Made by a program: the position numbers and the translations under genes. The notes under the pieces were generated by a model. That model was not told the origin of the DNA and ran no database searches. It saw only the letters and a list, made by a program, of their open reading frames with translations. From contig CAXXHB010000002.1 of NCBI GenBank assembly GCA_963664815.2, positions 640,001 through 704,000 of the forward strand: a stretch of 64,000 nucleotides of DNA, given 5' to 3'. Every line of letters starts with the position of its first letter. Position 1 is the first letter of the stretch. This document shows, piece by piece, positions 27,426-38,595 of the stretch. Source of the DNA: Spirochaetota bacterium (lineage in GTDB: Bacteria > Spirochaetota > UBA4802 > UBA5550).

Positions 27426-29237
27426 ATGGGTAATATTTCTGAAGTTGTAAAGAAGTGTGCTAGTGCTTATCAGAAAGACCCGACAAAAATGCTGGATGTT
27501 ATAAGAGACGTTCAGGCAGAGTTAGGTCAGGTAGCAGAAGAGGCTATTGCGGAAATAGCAAAAGAGATGAATGTCTCTTCGATCGATGTTGAGGGTGTTG
27601 TAACCTTCTATCATTTCTTCTCAAAAGCGCCGGTAGGTAAATATGCTGTTTATCTTAACAACAGCGCCGTAGCAGTGATGAAAGGCTGCTATGACATTGC
27701 AAAGGCATTTGAAAAGGAAGTTGGCTGCAAGTTTGGTGAAGTTTCTTCAGACGGGAAAATCGGACTTCACTATACCGCTGATATCGGTATGAACGATCAG
27801 GAACCATCTGCAATCATCAATGATGTTATCTTTACCAGCCTTACAGCTGATAAAGTAAAGGCGATTGTTGCAGATATGAAAGCCGGTAAAAACGTACAGG
27901 ACACTGTAAAAGAACTTGGAGACGGCAATAACCAGGATGCTCTCATCAAGTCCATGGTTAAGAATAACATCCAGAAAAAAGGCGCTGTTCTCTTTGCTCC
28001 TTTTGAATCAGGTTCCGCTCTGAAAAAGGCTGTTTCAATGACTCCGGAAGCAGTAATTGAAGAAATGAAGGTTTCGAATCTCAGAGGCCGTGGCGGTGCC
28101 GGATTCCCTACAGGTATGAAATGGGATTACACAAGGCAGTCTGCCGGAGACAAAAAGTACATAGTTTGTAACGGTGACGAAGGTGAGCCGGGAACATTTA
28201 AAGACAGGGTTCTCTTTACTGAGAGAGCTGAAATGCTGTTCGAAGGTATGGCTATTGGCGGTTATGCTATTGGCGCTGATGAGGGGCTTCTGTATCTCAG
28301 AGGCGAGTATATGTATCTCAAAAAATATCTTGAGAATGTACTCGATAAGATGAGGAAGAATGGAGTTCTCGGAAAAAATGCCGGCGGAAAAAGCGGCTTT
28401 AATTTTGATATAAAAATCCAGATGGGTGCAGGCGCATATGTCTGTGGTGAAGAATCTGCGCTTATTGAATCTGCAGAGGGTAAAAGAGGAGAACCGAGAA
28501 ACAGGCCTCCATTCCCCGCACAGAGAGGTTTCATGGGTAAACCTACCTCTGTTAACAACGTAGAGAGTTTCTGTTCTGCGGCAAGAATCATTCTTGAAGG
28601 TGGAGCATGGTTCGCAAAAATGGGAACAGCCCAGTCTAAAGGAACAAAACTACTCAGCGTATCAGGCGATTGTAAAAAGCCTGGAATATATGAAGTTGAA
28701 TTCGGAACAACAATACAGACTCTTCTTGAAGAATGTGACGGAAGAACCGCAAAAGCTGTACAGGTGGGTGGACCTTCAGGCGCCTGTGTTGATAAATCCA
28801 AATTCGGCAACAGAATATGCTATGATGATCTGGCAACAGGGGGATCGGTAATAGTAATTGGACCTGATAGAGATATTCTTGAAGTTGTTAAAAACTTTAT
28901 GGAATTCTTTGAAGAGGAATCATGCGGATGGTGTACACCATGCCGTGTAGGTAATAAACTGCTCCTGCACAAACTTGAAAAAGTTATGGATGGTCATGGA
29001 ACAGAATCTGATTTGCAGGAAATGGAAAAATGGTGTGTTACTGTTAAAAGCATGAGCCGTTGCGGTCTTGGGCAGACATCTCCAAATCCTATACAATCAA
29101 CATTGAAAAACTTCAGAGGAATATACGAAGCTAAAATTCAGAAAGGTAAGGATTTTGTTACCGAATTTGATATGGCTGCTGCAGTTAAGGATTCATGCGC
29201 TGCTGCAGGAAGAAAACCAAATTTAGAGGAACATTAA
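27426..29237 (+). CDS. hoxF: NAD-reducing hydrogenase diaphorase large subunit (NuoE-NuoF fusion)
   Basis: LRGRGGAGFPTG, NGDEGEPGTFKDR, GAGAYVCGEESAL and ESCGWCTPCR; first gene of the hox operon. Confidence 0.93.
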   Translation: MGNISEVVKKCASAYQKDPTKMLDVIRDVQAELGQVAEEAIAEIAKEMNVSSIDVEGVVTFYHFFSKAPVGKYAVYLNNSAVAVMKGCYDIAKAFEKEVGCKFGEVSSDGKIGLHYTADIGMNDQEPSAIINDVIFTSLTADKVKAIVADMKAGKNVQDTVKELGDGNNQDALIKSMVKNNIQKKGAVLFAPFESGSALKKAVSMTPEAVIEEMKVSNLRGRGGAGFPTGMKWDYTRQSAGDKKYIVCNGDEGEPGTFKDRVLFTERAEMLFEGMAIGGYAIGADEGLLYLRGEYMYLKKYLENVLDKMRKNGVLGKNAGGKSGFNFDIKIQMGAGAYVCGEESALIESAEGKRGEPRNRPPFPAQRGFMGKPTSVNNVESFCSAARIILEGGAWFAKMGTAQSKGTKLLSVSGDCKKPGIYEVEFGTTIQTLLEECDGRTAKAVQVGGPSGACVDKSKFGNRICYDDLATGGSVIVIGPDRDILEVVKNFMEFFEEESCGWCTPCRVGNKLLLHKLEKVMDGHGTESDLQEMEKWCVTVKSMSRCGLGQTSPNPIQSTLKNFRGIYEAKIQKGKDFVTEFDMAAAVKDSCAAAGRKPNLEEH

Positions 29238-29238
29238 G

Positions 29239-29931
29239 ATGAGTGATATAAAATTTACTATAGATGGAAAAGAATGTACCGCGAAAAATGGGCAGACAAT
29301 TGTTGAAGCTGCAAAAGACAACCACATTTACATTCCGGTTCTCTGCCATTTTGAGGGTCTTAAACCTGCAGGAACATGCCGTATATGTACGGTAAAGGTT
29401 GGCGGAAGATTTATGGCTGCCTGTACAACTCCTGTAACAGCGGGAATGACTGTAGAAAACAATACTCCTGATATCCAGGAATTAAGAAAACAGATCATAG
29501 AGATGCTTTTTGTTGAAGGAAACCACATGTGTCCTGTATGTGAAAAGAGCGGAAACTGTGAACTTCAGGCTCTCGGATACAGGTATAAAATGATGGTTCC
29601 TAGATTTCCGTATCTATGGCCACAAAGAGCTGTTATTGCAAATACACCCAAACTCTATATTGACAGGAACAGATGCGTTCAGTGCCTGAGGTGTGTAAGG
29701 GATGTTAAAACTTCAGACGGCAAACACGTTTTTGGAGTAACAGAGAGAGGCGGAAAAACAATAATCAGCATAGATCATAAACTGGCTGCCGGATTAAGTG
29801 AAGAAGCAGCTCAGAAGGCTATGTACCAGTGCCCGGTTGGATGTATCCTCAGAAAAGAAATCGGATACAAAATTCCTATCGGTCAGAGAAAATATGATGC
29901 TAAACCTATCGGCAGTGAAATCGAAGGTTAA
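29239..29931 (+). CDS. hoxU: Hydrogenase diaphorase Fe-S subunit
   Basis: 2Fe-2S (GTCRIC), HMCPVCEKSGNCELQ, CVQCLRC and CPVG. Confidence 0.93.
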   Translation: MSDIKFTIDGKECTAKNGQTIVEAAKDNHIYIPVLCHFEGLKPAGTCRICTVKVGGRFMAACTTPVTAGMTVENNTPDIQELRKQIIEMLFVEGNHMCPVCEKSGNCELQALGYRYKMMVPRFPYLWPQRAVIANTPKLYIDRNRCVQCLRCVRDVKTSDGKHVFGVTERGGKTIISIDHKLAAGLSEEAAQKAMYQCPVGCILRKEIGYKIPIGQRKYDAKPIGSEIEG

Positions 29932-29960
29932 AAAGTAACTGGATAATTTGGAGGCTAATT

Positions 29961-30508
29961 ATGAGTAAACGGTTGTGGCCACAGCGTCACTGGCAGGATG
30001 TTTCGGATGCCATATGTCTTTACTGGACATAGACGACAGAATATTAACATTAATTGATCTGGTGGAATTTAACAAATCACCGATTGATGATATAAAAACA
30101 TTCACAAAGCAGTGCGATATTGGAATTATTGAGGGTGGATGCTGCAATAGTGAGAATGTACACGTTTTAAAGGATTTCCGTAAAAATTGTAAAATACTTA
30201 TATCTCTCGGGGAGTGTGCTATTATGGGCGGTCTTCCTGCAATGAGAAATGGTATTCCTATTCAGGCTTGCCTTAAGGAAGCTTATCTTGACGGACCGAC
30301 AGTTGATACCAACACAGACAAGATCATCCCTAACGATGAAGAATTACCGATGATTTTGGACAGAGTTTATCCCTGCCATGAAATTGTTAAAGTTGACTAT
30401 TTCATTCCGGGATGTGCGCCAAGAGCTGATCTGATATGGGAGGCGCTTGTTGCGCTTGTAACAGGCAATGAGATGAAGCTTCCGTATGAAGTATTAAAGT
30501 TTGATTAA
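29961..30508 (+). CDS. hoxY: [NiFe] hydrogenase small subunit; 1-nt frameshift near codon 4 as given
   Basis: LAGCFGCHMS, GECA and PGCAP. The GGAGG RBS and ATG at 29961 are out of frame with the body of the ORF (29975-30508). Confidence 0.9.
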
Positions 30509-31972
30509 TTGGAGCAGAACATGGGAAGAAAAATAACAATAGAACCTGTAACAAGGGTTGAAGGACACGGTAAAGTTACAATTCAGTTAGATGATTCGAA
30601 TAATGTATCGCAAACCAGACTCCATGTAGTTGAGTTCAGAGGTTTCGAAAAATTTGTACAGGGACGTCCTTACTGGGAAGTACCGGTACTTGTACAGCGG
30701 CTTTGCGGTATTTGCCCGGTAAGCCATCATCTGGCAGCGGCAAAAGCACTTGACGTTATTGTCGGAGCAGGCACGGGAGACGGGTTAACCCCAACCGGCG
30801 AAAAAATGAGAAGGTTAATGCACTTTGGGCAGATGTTCCAGTCTCACGCCCTGCATTTTTTTCATCTTGCTTCGCCTGACCTTCTTTTCGGCGCGGATGG
30901 AGATCCTGCAATAAGAAACGTTATAGGTGTTGCCCTTGAGCATAAGGACCTTGCTGTGCAGGGTGTTATGATGAGAAAGTATGGCCAGGAGATTATTGCT
31001 GCAACTGCAGGAAAAAAAGTCCATGGAACAGGTGCAATCCCCGGCGGTATTAACAAAAACCTTTCAATAGCGGAAAGAGATTCATTTCTGAAAGGAGCTG
31101 CTCCCCTTAATATTGACCAGATGGTTGCATGGGCACAGGGTGCGCTTGATTTCTTTAAAGGATACTATGCAAAAAATAAAGATTATATTGACAATTTTGC
31201 AGTTTTCCCCTCTGCACATCTCAGTCTGGTAAGAAAAGACGGAGCTCTTGATCTGTACCATGGCGTTCTCCGTGCTGTTGATGCAGACGGCAAGAGAATT
31301 GTGAATGATGTCGACTGTCAGGATTATTCAAAAATAATAGCTGAAGAGGTAAAGAGCTGGAGTTACATGAAGTTCCCCTATCTCAGGGCGCTTGGAAAAG
31401 AAAAGGGATGGTACACAGTAGGGCCGCTGGCCAGGTTGAATGTATGTGATTTTATTCCTACTCCTCTTGCGCAGAAGGAATTTGAAGCATATAAAGCTCT
31501 GACAAACGGAAAACCAAATCATATGTCCATGCATATGCACTATGCAAGACTTATTGAGCTTCTCCACTCTGCAGAGGTAATAAAAGATCTTCTCAATGAT
31601 CCGGATCTTCAGAAAACTGATCTTGTCAAGAAAGGGACAAAACAGAAAGAGGGTGTCGGTATTGTTGAAGCACCTCGCGGAACTCTTTTCCATCACTACA
31701 GAATCAATGATGATGACCAGATTGAAATGGGTAATCTTATTGTTTCCACAACAAACAATAATGAACCGATGAACAGAGCGGTAAATTATGTTGCCAAGAG
31801 TGCGTTTAACGGTAAAAAAGAAGTTACCGAAGGGATGATGAACAGGGTTGAAATGGCAATCAGAGCGTATGATCCATGCTTAAGCTGTGCGACACACGCG
31901 CTGGGACAGATGCCTCTTGAGGTTACATTAGTTGATTCTGAAGGAACTATCCTTGATCAGAAAAGGAAATAG
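30509..31972 (+). CDS. hoxH: [NiFe] hydrogenase large subunit, group 3d; start probably 30521
   Basis: RVEGHG, L1 motif RLCGICPVSH, L2 motif DPCLSCATH and a cleavable C-terminal tail. Confidence 0.95.
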   Translation: MEQNMGRKITIEPVTRVEGHGKVTIQLDDSNNVSQTRLHVVEFRGFEKFVQGRPYWEVPVLVQRLCGICPVSHHLAAAKALDVIVGAGTGDGLTPTGEKMRRLMHFGQMFQSHALHFFHLASPDLLFGADGDPAIRNVIGVALEHKDLAVQGVMMRKYGQEIIAATAGKKVHGTGAIPGGINKNLSIAERDSFLKGAAPLNIDQMVAWAQGALDFFKGYYAKNKDYIDNFAVFPSAHLSLVRKDGALDLYHGVLRAVDADGKRIVNDVDCQDYSKIIAEEVKSWSYMKFPYLRALGKEKGWYTVGPLARLNVCDFIPTPLAQKEFEAYKALTNGKPNHMSMHMHYARLIELLHSAEVIKDLLNDPDLQKTDLVKKGTKQKEGVGIVEAPRGTLFHHYRINDDDQIEMGNLIVSTTNNNEPMNRAVNYVAKSAFNGKKEVTEGMMNRVEMAIRAYDPCLSCATHALGQMPLEVTLVDSEGTILDQKRK

Positions 31973-31977
31973 TTTTT

Positions 31978-32436
31978 TTGAAAGATAATACAATTTATAT
32001 ATATGGTTTCGGGAACCCAGGCCGTCAGGATGACGGTCTTGGGCCGGCCATAATCGATAAGCTTGAAAGTGAGAATATTTCCGGTATTGTCACTGACAGT
32101 AATTATCAGCTGAATATTGAAGATGCTCATAATATAGCAGGAAGCGAAAAGGTTATCTTTGTAGACGCGTCAATTGATGCTGATGAACCTTTTTCTTTCA
32201 GGAAAATTGAGCCTTCAGCTGAAATAACATTTTCCACTCATACGATGTCTCCGGAGTCGGTTCTTGCTTTATGTAAGGATCTTTATGATAAAGACCTGGA
32301 GGCTTATGTAATGGCAATAAAAGGGTATGAATGGGATTTTATCGAAGGATTATCTTCCGGAGCAATTAATAATTTTAATGAAGCATATGTTTTTCTTAAA
32401 AAGAAAATAGAAGAGATGCTTATAAGTAAAAATTGA
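31978..32436 (+). CDS. hoxW: Hydrogenase maturation protease
   Basis: GFGNPGRQDDGLG, VIFVDA and FSTH; follows hoxH. Confidence 0.9.
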   Translation: MKDNTIYIYGFGNPGRQDDGLGPAIIDKLESENISGIVTDSNYQLNIEDAHNIAGSEKVIFVDASIDADEPFSFRKIEPSAEITFSTHTMSPESVLALCKDLYDKDLEAYVMAIKGYEWDFIEGLSSGAINNFNEAYVFLKKKIEEMLISKN

Positions 32437-32581
32437 TCCTGGCCGGATAATAAACATTTACTGACAGTCAGATAATGAAAAAGACCATGTAAATGATTTG
32501 AGAGGTTTGTAGTAAATCAGGGCTTTAAAGGATCTGTTTTCACTGAAAAGAATAGGATTAAATTCATTTAAGGAGGTCTGT

Positions 32582-32953
32582 ATGTCTGGTAAAAAAATAC
32601 TTATAATAGATGATGATCCGGATGTTCTGGAGTCTATAAAAGCTATCCTGAGTGCTGAGAATTTTACAGTTGTAACAGCTCTTGATGGTAAAGAGGGTTT
32701 TGAAAAATTTAAAAGTGAAAAACCAGCGCTTATACTTTGCGATATGATGATGGAAAGAGTAGATGCCGGGACAAAAGTTGCCGAGATGATCAGAAAAGAG
32801 GATAAACAGATTCCTCTTTATCTTCTGAGCAGTATTGGTAATGCTACGGCTACAAATATCAGTGTCAGCGATCTTGGATTCAGCGGTGTACTGCAGAAAC
32901 CTGTTGATCCTGATACATTAATAAAAGATGTAAAAAAAGCTTTAAAGATGTAA
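32582..32953 (+). CDS. Single-domain response regulator
   Basis: ILIIDDD, LCDMMM and QKP. Confidence 0.92.
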   Translation: MSGKKILIIDDDPDVLESIKAILSAENFTVVTALDGKEGFEKFKSEKPALILCDMMMERVDAGTKVAEMIRKEDKQIPLYLLSSIGNATATNISVSDLGFSGVLQKPVDPDTLIKDVKKALKM

Positions 32954-32993
32954 TCACTTAAAACAGATAAATATAGAGTTGTTTAATTCTGAT

Positions 32994-33026
32994 AAGGTTG
33001 TTCCCGGAAGGGAGCAGCCTTTTTTT
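32994..33026 (+). terminator. Rho-independent terminator
   Basis: AAGGTTGTTCCC-ggaa-GGGAGCAGCCTT followed by a T run. Confidence 0.85.
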
Positions 33027-33050
33027 ATACGGTGCCGGGTCTAAATGCGG

Positions 33051-33977
33051 TTATTCATAAGTTTTATCGGCCGGTGTTGTTTTGTACATAAGATCTATTA
33101 CTTCTTTTTCAGACGGGAATTGCTGCAAAGCTCTTTTCTCTTCCTCAGTAGTACCTATAACAGAATCATTCACAAGTTTTCCGATAAAGGATTCAATTTC
33201 TTTGTCATTGTTTCCAATAATGCACAGAATATTGGGTCCTGAATTTATACCCCAGTCAAAGCCATCGTCTCTCGTGGCTGTAAATGTTTCGGTAATACCA
33301 TCACCGTCAGCATCTTCACAGTAATAAATTGTACCGTCGCTTGCTTTTGCTTTTACAGAGAAGAAAAATTTCTGATTAATATTATTAGCATAGCTTTCAT
33401 TAGATGAAATAAGGTTTTTATTAACTGTTAGTCCCGATTCGCTTCTGTTTTTAAGAAGTTGATGAAACCTTTCAGCATGAAGCTTAATGAACCTGTCGCG
33501 AACTGATTTATAGAATGATCCGAATTTAGCTGTTACAAATTCTTCATTTGAATTAATCAACAGATTGTTGCGCCTGTTTAGAATCCTTATATAATCCGGT
33601 TTTCCGTTGATTTTATTTTTCCAGAAATCATTATCTAAAGTATATTCATTAAGGGAATCTTTAATAGTTTTAATGTTCTGAATATCCAGAATTGAATCGA
33701 AACCATCCGAAATAAAATGTATTGTACTGTCCTTGATAATAAGAAGATTTTCCACGGAATTATCTTTAGTTACGGTATAGTTTTCAATAAAATCATCTTT
33801 GTTGATGTTTTTCTTTTTCTCTATTCTCTGAAATACAATGCGATCTTCTTTGTAACGGGATATTTTTTCAGGATCTATTATTAAAAGGGGTATCTCTTTT
33901 GATAAAAGGGGGAATGTAACAGAGATAAGCATAAAACACATAACAATTACAGCACCAGGTTTATTTTTTCTCATCAA
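33051..33977 (-). CDS. Exported hypothetical protein
   Basis: Signal-like N-terminus and a DADGDGITETF Ca-binding-like motif. Confidence 0.7.
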   Translation of the reverse strand: MMRKNKPGAVIVMCFMLISVTFPLLSKEIPLLIIDPEKISRYKEDRIVFQRIEKKKNINKDDFIENYTVTKDNSVENLLIIKDSTIHFISDGFDSILDIQNIKTIKDSLNEYTLDNDFWKNKINGKPDYIRILNRRNNLLINSNEEFVTAKFGSFYKSVRDRFIKLHAERFHQLLKNRSESGLTVNKNLISSNESYANNINQKFFFSVKAKASDGTIYYCEDADGDGITETFTATRDDGFDWGINSGPNILCIIGNNDKEIESFIGKLVNDSVIGTTEEEKRALQQFPSEKEVIDLMYKTTPADKTYE

Positions 33978-34325
33978 TTACACCTTTGTCGATTTTTAAT
34001 AATAGTTACCGCATCTGTTCTGTTTATCGGGAACAAACAGAATAACATTGACCTATTTTTAAAAAATTACGGCTGCTTTGAAGTGTTAATATCTCTATAT
34101 CGCAAGCTGAATTATTCCAGGGTAAAAAATCATATAAACACAGAGGATCGGTATAAAGAAGCAGTACTCTAAATAATTCTTGACAATAAATAAAATGCAC
34201 TTTTATAATCTGACTGTATATTTTAATATCTTTTTCATAAACAGGCTGAATAAATAAACTGTCCGGAAACTATATAAGATTATGCTAAAACCAGAGTCGA
34301 CAAATATAACTGAAAGAAGGGTCAA

Positions 34326-34697
34326 ATGAAACTGAAAAAGAAACATTTAATTATCGGTTTTCTATCCGTTCTGCTTGTTTTTTTTATAACGGCAGGAATA
34401 ATTTTTAAAAAGAGCAGTAATGAAAAAATAATGGTTTCTGAACCGGTAAACCAGGAAAAAAGCGTTGAGAAAGAAATTAAAAAAGAGATTCCAGTTAAAA
34501 GCACAAAAAAAAAGGTTTTTACAACAAACGCAGAAATTAAAAAAGAATATGGAAAACTGGAAAAAGTTTATCTTCTGAACGGGAAAATTTATACCGGAGC
34601 TGTTCTTAATACAGATGAAATATATACTATAGTAACTGTTGACGGTACATTTAAGATCCCGATGAAAGAAGTAAAGATCAGGGAAATAATCAGATGA
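34326..34697 (+). CDS. Membrane-anchored hypothetical protein
   Basis: One N-terminal TM helix, a Lys-rich linker and a small beta domain (VYLLNGKIYTG). Confidence 0.7.
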   Translation: MKLKKKHLIIGFLSVLLVFFITAGIIFKKSSNEKIMVSEPVNQEKSVEKEIKKEIPVKSTKKKVFTTNAEIKKEYGKLEKVYLLNGKIYTGAVLNTDEIYTIVTVDGTFKIPMKEVKIREIIR

Positions 34698-35104
34698 TAT
34701 CACCCTCTTTGTTGAAATTATAAATAGAAATTCCAGAATTTTTTATAACGGTAAATGCTCTTGTCTCATCAACCGACGAAAGGGGCCGGTGGACATAATT
34801 GTTTATTTAAGCATAATAAATGCCAAGCAATTAACGTTGTAAAAACTATATATAACCGAAAATTAGAGTCATATTAGTGAATTTAACTTGATAAAAACAG
34901 GCTGTTTAAGTTTTCTGTTTTAAATAAAATTTCATAAAGAAGCCGGTACTATTATCACTGAAACATCAGTATGTAAAAAATATTTTAATTATATCGCTAC
35001 CACTCTGGCAACGGTGTGATATATTTTATTACGATGAAATAAACATTCAGGTTCGGATAATATTAACGGCAGTAATAATATAATGAAATTCAGTTGTATT
35101 ATTA

Positions 35105-36088
35105 ATGATGGAGCAGATACGGATGCCTGTAATTAAAAACTCTTCATATAAACCGCCGTTTTTACTTGGAAACAACCATCTTCAGACAATACTGCCCACG
35201 CTTTTCAGACGGGTGAAGGGTATAAATTATACAAGAGAGAGAATAAATACTGCTGATGGAGATTTTATTGATCTTGATATCTCTTCAACCGGATCGGATA
35301 AAGCCGTCATACTGTCTCATGGGCTGGAAGGCAAGTCAGACAGGGCCTATATGAAAGGGATGGCAAGAGCATTCAACTTAAAGGAATGGGACAGCATTGC
35401 GTTTAACTTCAGGGGGTGCAGCGGGGAACCGAACAGAACATCTGCTACATATCACAGCGGAAGAACGGAGGATCTTCATTCTGTAATACAGTATCTTATT
35501 GCTGAAAAAAAATATAAATCGATAACACTTGTCGGGTTCAGTCTTGGCGCTAATCTTACTCTCAAATATAGCGGTGAAATGGGAATAAACATTCCGTCAG
35601 AAATTAAAAGTGCAATAGGAATTTCAGCGCCCTGTGACCTCCTGTCATCATCAATAGAACTTCATAAGTTGAAAAATATAATCTATGCGAAAAGATTTCT
35701 CGGTACTTTGGTTGATAAGATGAAGGCGAAGGAGCACCTGCATCCGTCAAATATTACAAGGGATTATAAATCAATAAAGACTCTGAAAGATTTTGATGAT
35801 AATTTCACTGCGCCACTTAACGGTTATAATGATGCAATAGATTACTGGATTAAATGCAGTTCGGTGAAGTTTCTTAAAAATGTGGCAATTCCCACTCTTA
35901 TAATAAACTCAAAGGATGATCCGATTCTTGGAGAGGGATGCTTCCCCTACAGGGAGGCAGAGGAGAATAAAAATCTATATCTTGAAGTTACCCGGAAAGG
36001 GGGGCATATGGGATTTATCACATTTTCAAAAAGCAGGGAATTCTGGCATGAGATCAGAGCTGTGGAATTTGCAGAAAAATTTCTTTAA
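35105..36088 (+). CDS. Alpha/beta hydrolase, YheT family
   Basis: HLQT, HGLEG, NFRGCSG, GFSLG, DDP and GGHMGF. Confidence 0.92.
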   Translation: MMEQIRMPVIKNSSYKPPFLLGNNHLQTILPTLFRRVKGINYTRERINTADGDFIDLDISSTGSDKAVILSHGLEGKSDRAYMKGMARAFNLKEWDSIAFNFRGCSGEPNRTSATYHSGRTEDLHSVIQYLIAEKKYKSITLVGFSLGANLTLKYSGEMGINIPSEIKSAIGISAPCDLLSSSIELHKLKNIIYAKRFLGTLVDKMKAKEHLHPSNITRDYKSIKTLKDFDDNFTAPLNGYNDAIDYWIKCSSVKFLKNVAIPTLIINSKDDPILGEGCFPYREAEENKNLYLEVTRKGGHMGFITFSKSREFWHEIRAVEFAEKFL

Positions 36089-36316
36089 TCCTGCTTTTTA
36101 AAATCAAAAAATATTTTTAACTTGAAATTTCATTATTATAATACCAGATCAATAGTAATTCTTAAACTTTTTTATAATATTTTATATTAGAAATTTCTCT
36201 TATCTCACCTTTGCTGAAGGCGAGGGTCGGGATATAATCGTTTCTTTTATCTAAAGTTTATGTTAGGAATTAACATTGATATCAAAGTGATCTTGAATAT
36301 AACAGAGATGACATAA

Positions 36317-37732
36317 TTGATTAAATTTAGTAAAATCTTAATGTATATCAGGCTTGAAGATGACAGAATATCTTTCCCTGAAACTTTCAAACAGGAACTG
36401 GATTACCAGAGCAGTAAAATTCTGACATTCGCGTCATTAATTACATTATCCTGGCTTACCTATATACCGATAGATATGCGTCTTCATCCGGATCAGCCTG
36501 TAATAGTTGCTTTTCGTCTTGGTTTTCCTGTTGTAGGGTTTCTGCTTTTCATGTCGAGATTTTATGAACCGTTGAGAACAAGGTGTCTCCTGATGCTTAC
36601 TCTTTTCGGAGGATACATGGAAATTTCCACGGCAATACTGACGGCTGCCACTAAGGGGGACTCAGCCTATATCGGAGGTTATCTTTTTATTATAACACTT
36701 TTAGCTGTAGCCCCTTTGAGCAAAAAAGGGGCTTATACTATACTCGTTTTATCCCTGCTGACCTTTTTCGGGGTAAGCTATTATGTTGGAACCGATTTTT
36801 CAAGACCGCAGCTGAAATACAGCATCAATGATGTTTTATGCACTTCTTTTATAGTTTCATGTTTCATATACATACTCAACAGTACAAGACACGGGAAGTG
36901 GCTTAAATCAAAGGAGGTTGAAGCGGGGCAGATAATAATAGAAGACCAGAAAAATCAGCTGGAACAACAGATAAGCATAGCTGGAGAGCTTCACAAGTCA
37001 CTTCTGCCGCAGAATATACCTCAGATAAATGAAGCTGTAATTTCATATAAGTGCACCCCCATGATGGAATTAGGTGGAGATTTTATCGATTTTTTTTATG
37101 ATGAAAAAGAGGAGCGTTTGGGACTCTTTGTCTGTGATGTTTCCGGACATGGTGTGGCGGGTGCACTTTTTTCTTCGATGGTAAAAATCTCATTAAACCG
37201 ATGGAACGAAACGTTAACTAATCCTTCAGGGACAATGAATAATATCTACCATGCGCTTGAAGGGAAAATGGCGAATCACTTTGTTACTGCCGGAGTGTGT
37301 TTCATCGATCTGTTTTCCGGTAAAATCATCTATTCCAGCGCCGGGCATCTTCCTCTTATTATTGCAAGAAAAAACGGTGATATTGAGCTGCTCAATTCCA
37401 GGGGCAGCCTGATAGCAGACGGAATACCCCCAAACTATGGTGAGGCGGGGTCGGTGATTCACGAAGGGGACATTCTGATTCTCTATACTGATGGAGTGAC
37501 TGAATGTTGTGGGGTGGATAATGCAATGCTTGGTGATGAATATTTTTATGATCTGATAAAAAAAAATATCAATGAAGAACCATGCATTATGAATGATAAT
37601 ATCTTCAGTGAATTATTAAAGTTTAATAACAGCGTGCATTTCAATGATGATGTTACAATTCTCATTATGAGATACAAAGGATACAGTGAAGAAAAATATT
37701 CAGATAATTCAACTGAGAATGTTCCGGATTAA
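36317..37732 (+). CDS. Membrane PP2C/SpoIIE-family phosphatase
   Basis: TM helices plus LGGDF, DVSGHG, LYTDGVTE and DDVT. Confidence 0.9.
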   Translation: MIKFSKILMYIRLEDDRISFPETFKQELDYQSSKILTFASLITLSWLTYIPIDMRLHPDQPVIVAFRLGFPVVGFLLFMSRFYEPLRTRCLLMLTLFGGYMEISTAILTAATKGDSAYIGGYLFIITLLAVAPLSKKGAYTILVLSLLTFFGVSYYVGTDFSRPQLKYSINDVLCTSFIVSCFIYILNSTRHGKWLKSKEVEAGQIIIEDQKNQLEQQISIAGELHKSLLPQNIPQINEAVISYKCTPMMELGGDFIDFFYDEKEERLGLFVCDVSGHGVAGALFSSMVKISLNRWNETLTNPSGTMNNIYHALEGKMANHFVTAGVCFIDLFSGKIIYSSAGHLPLIIARKNGDIELLNSRGSLIADGIPPNYGEAGSVIHEGDILILYTDGVTECCGVDNAMLGDEYFYDLIKKNINEEPCIMNDNIFSELLKFNNSVHFNDDVTILIMRYKGYSEEKYSDNSTENVPD

Positions 37733-38595
37733 ATATCGAATCTGTCGCGGTATGTGCATTTCTGACATAACTCTTCGACAGCTTTTCTCTCTGAAAATCC
37801 GCTGATAATTTTCAAGGCCCTTTCACTGTTTATAATGTCCGGGAATGATGATTGTCTTATGTTCCCCAGTTTCACAACGCCTCTGCCATCAAGACAGCAT
37901 GGAACAACAGTTCCGTCAACAAGAATTGCTGCCTGCCTTTTCAAACCATAACAGAAACCGTGGGGATTGTTAACCGGTGAGTTTATATCCGGCCATGTAA
38001 ATGATTTATCTCTGTTCAGAAAAATCCTGTCTGAAATTCTAATTCCTCTGCCGGAAGAAGCCATGGTGTTAACTTTACATTTAAGGTTAAAACGGGATTC
38101 AATTAAGGAAAAAATAATATTGTTTATCTCATTTTCTTTTTCGCTGTTCAGATTCCAGAGTTTGAATTCAATAAACATCCCTGTTTTTTTTACGGCATCA
38201 AGTGAGAAGAGGAATATATCATCAAGATATTTTTCTATTCTGCCAGGATCATTTTCGCTTTCGAGGCTGTGAAGTGAAAAGCTTACCTGGCGGATTGCCG
38301 GTTTTTCGAGGAGAATATAGCCGGTTTTACTGATAAGTGTGCCATTTGTTGCAATGGTTACCCTGAATTTTTTTTCGGAAGCAATTTCCAGGAATCGTTC
38401 AAGAGCTGAGTGCATGAGCGGCTCACCCTTTACATGAAGATATATGTATTCCGAATACTCCTTGATATCATCAAGTATTTTTGTGAAAAGGTCTTCATCC
38501 ATAAACCCGGGTAATCTCCCTGAGTCGGGGCAGAAACTGCACTTCAGATTGCAGATGTTTGTTATTTCTATGTATATTCTCTTGAATTTTCTCAT
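37729..38595 (-). CDS. Radical SAM/SPASM domain protein
   Basis: CNLKCSFC, HVKGEP and a C-terminal PCC...CQKC. Confidence 0.9.
   Translation of the reverse strand: MRKFKRIYIEITNICNLKCSFCPDSGRLPGFMDEDLFTKILDDIKEYSEYIYLHVKGEPLMHSALERFLEIASEKKFRVTIATNGTLISKTGYILLEKPAIRQVSFSLHSLESENDPGRIEKYLDDIFLFSLDAVKKTGMFIEFKLWNLNSEKENEINNIIFSLIESRFNLKCKVNTMASSGRGIRISDRIFLNRDKSFTWPDINSPVNNPHGFCYGLKRQAAILVDGTVVPCCLDGRGVVKLGNIRQSSFPDIINSERALKIISGFSERKAVEELCQKCTYRDRFDI

Noticed and set aside
32994-33026. CCGGAAGGGAGCAGC resembles the SRP RNA domain IV loop
   Set aside because: It is a perfect short hairpin plus T tract right after an operon, and it lacks the SRP internal loops (CAGG) and long stem, so it is a terminator.
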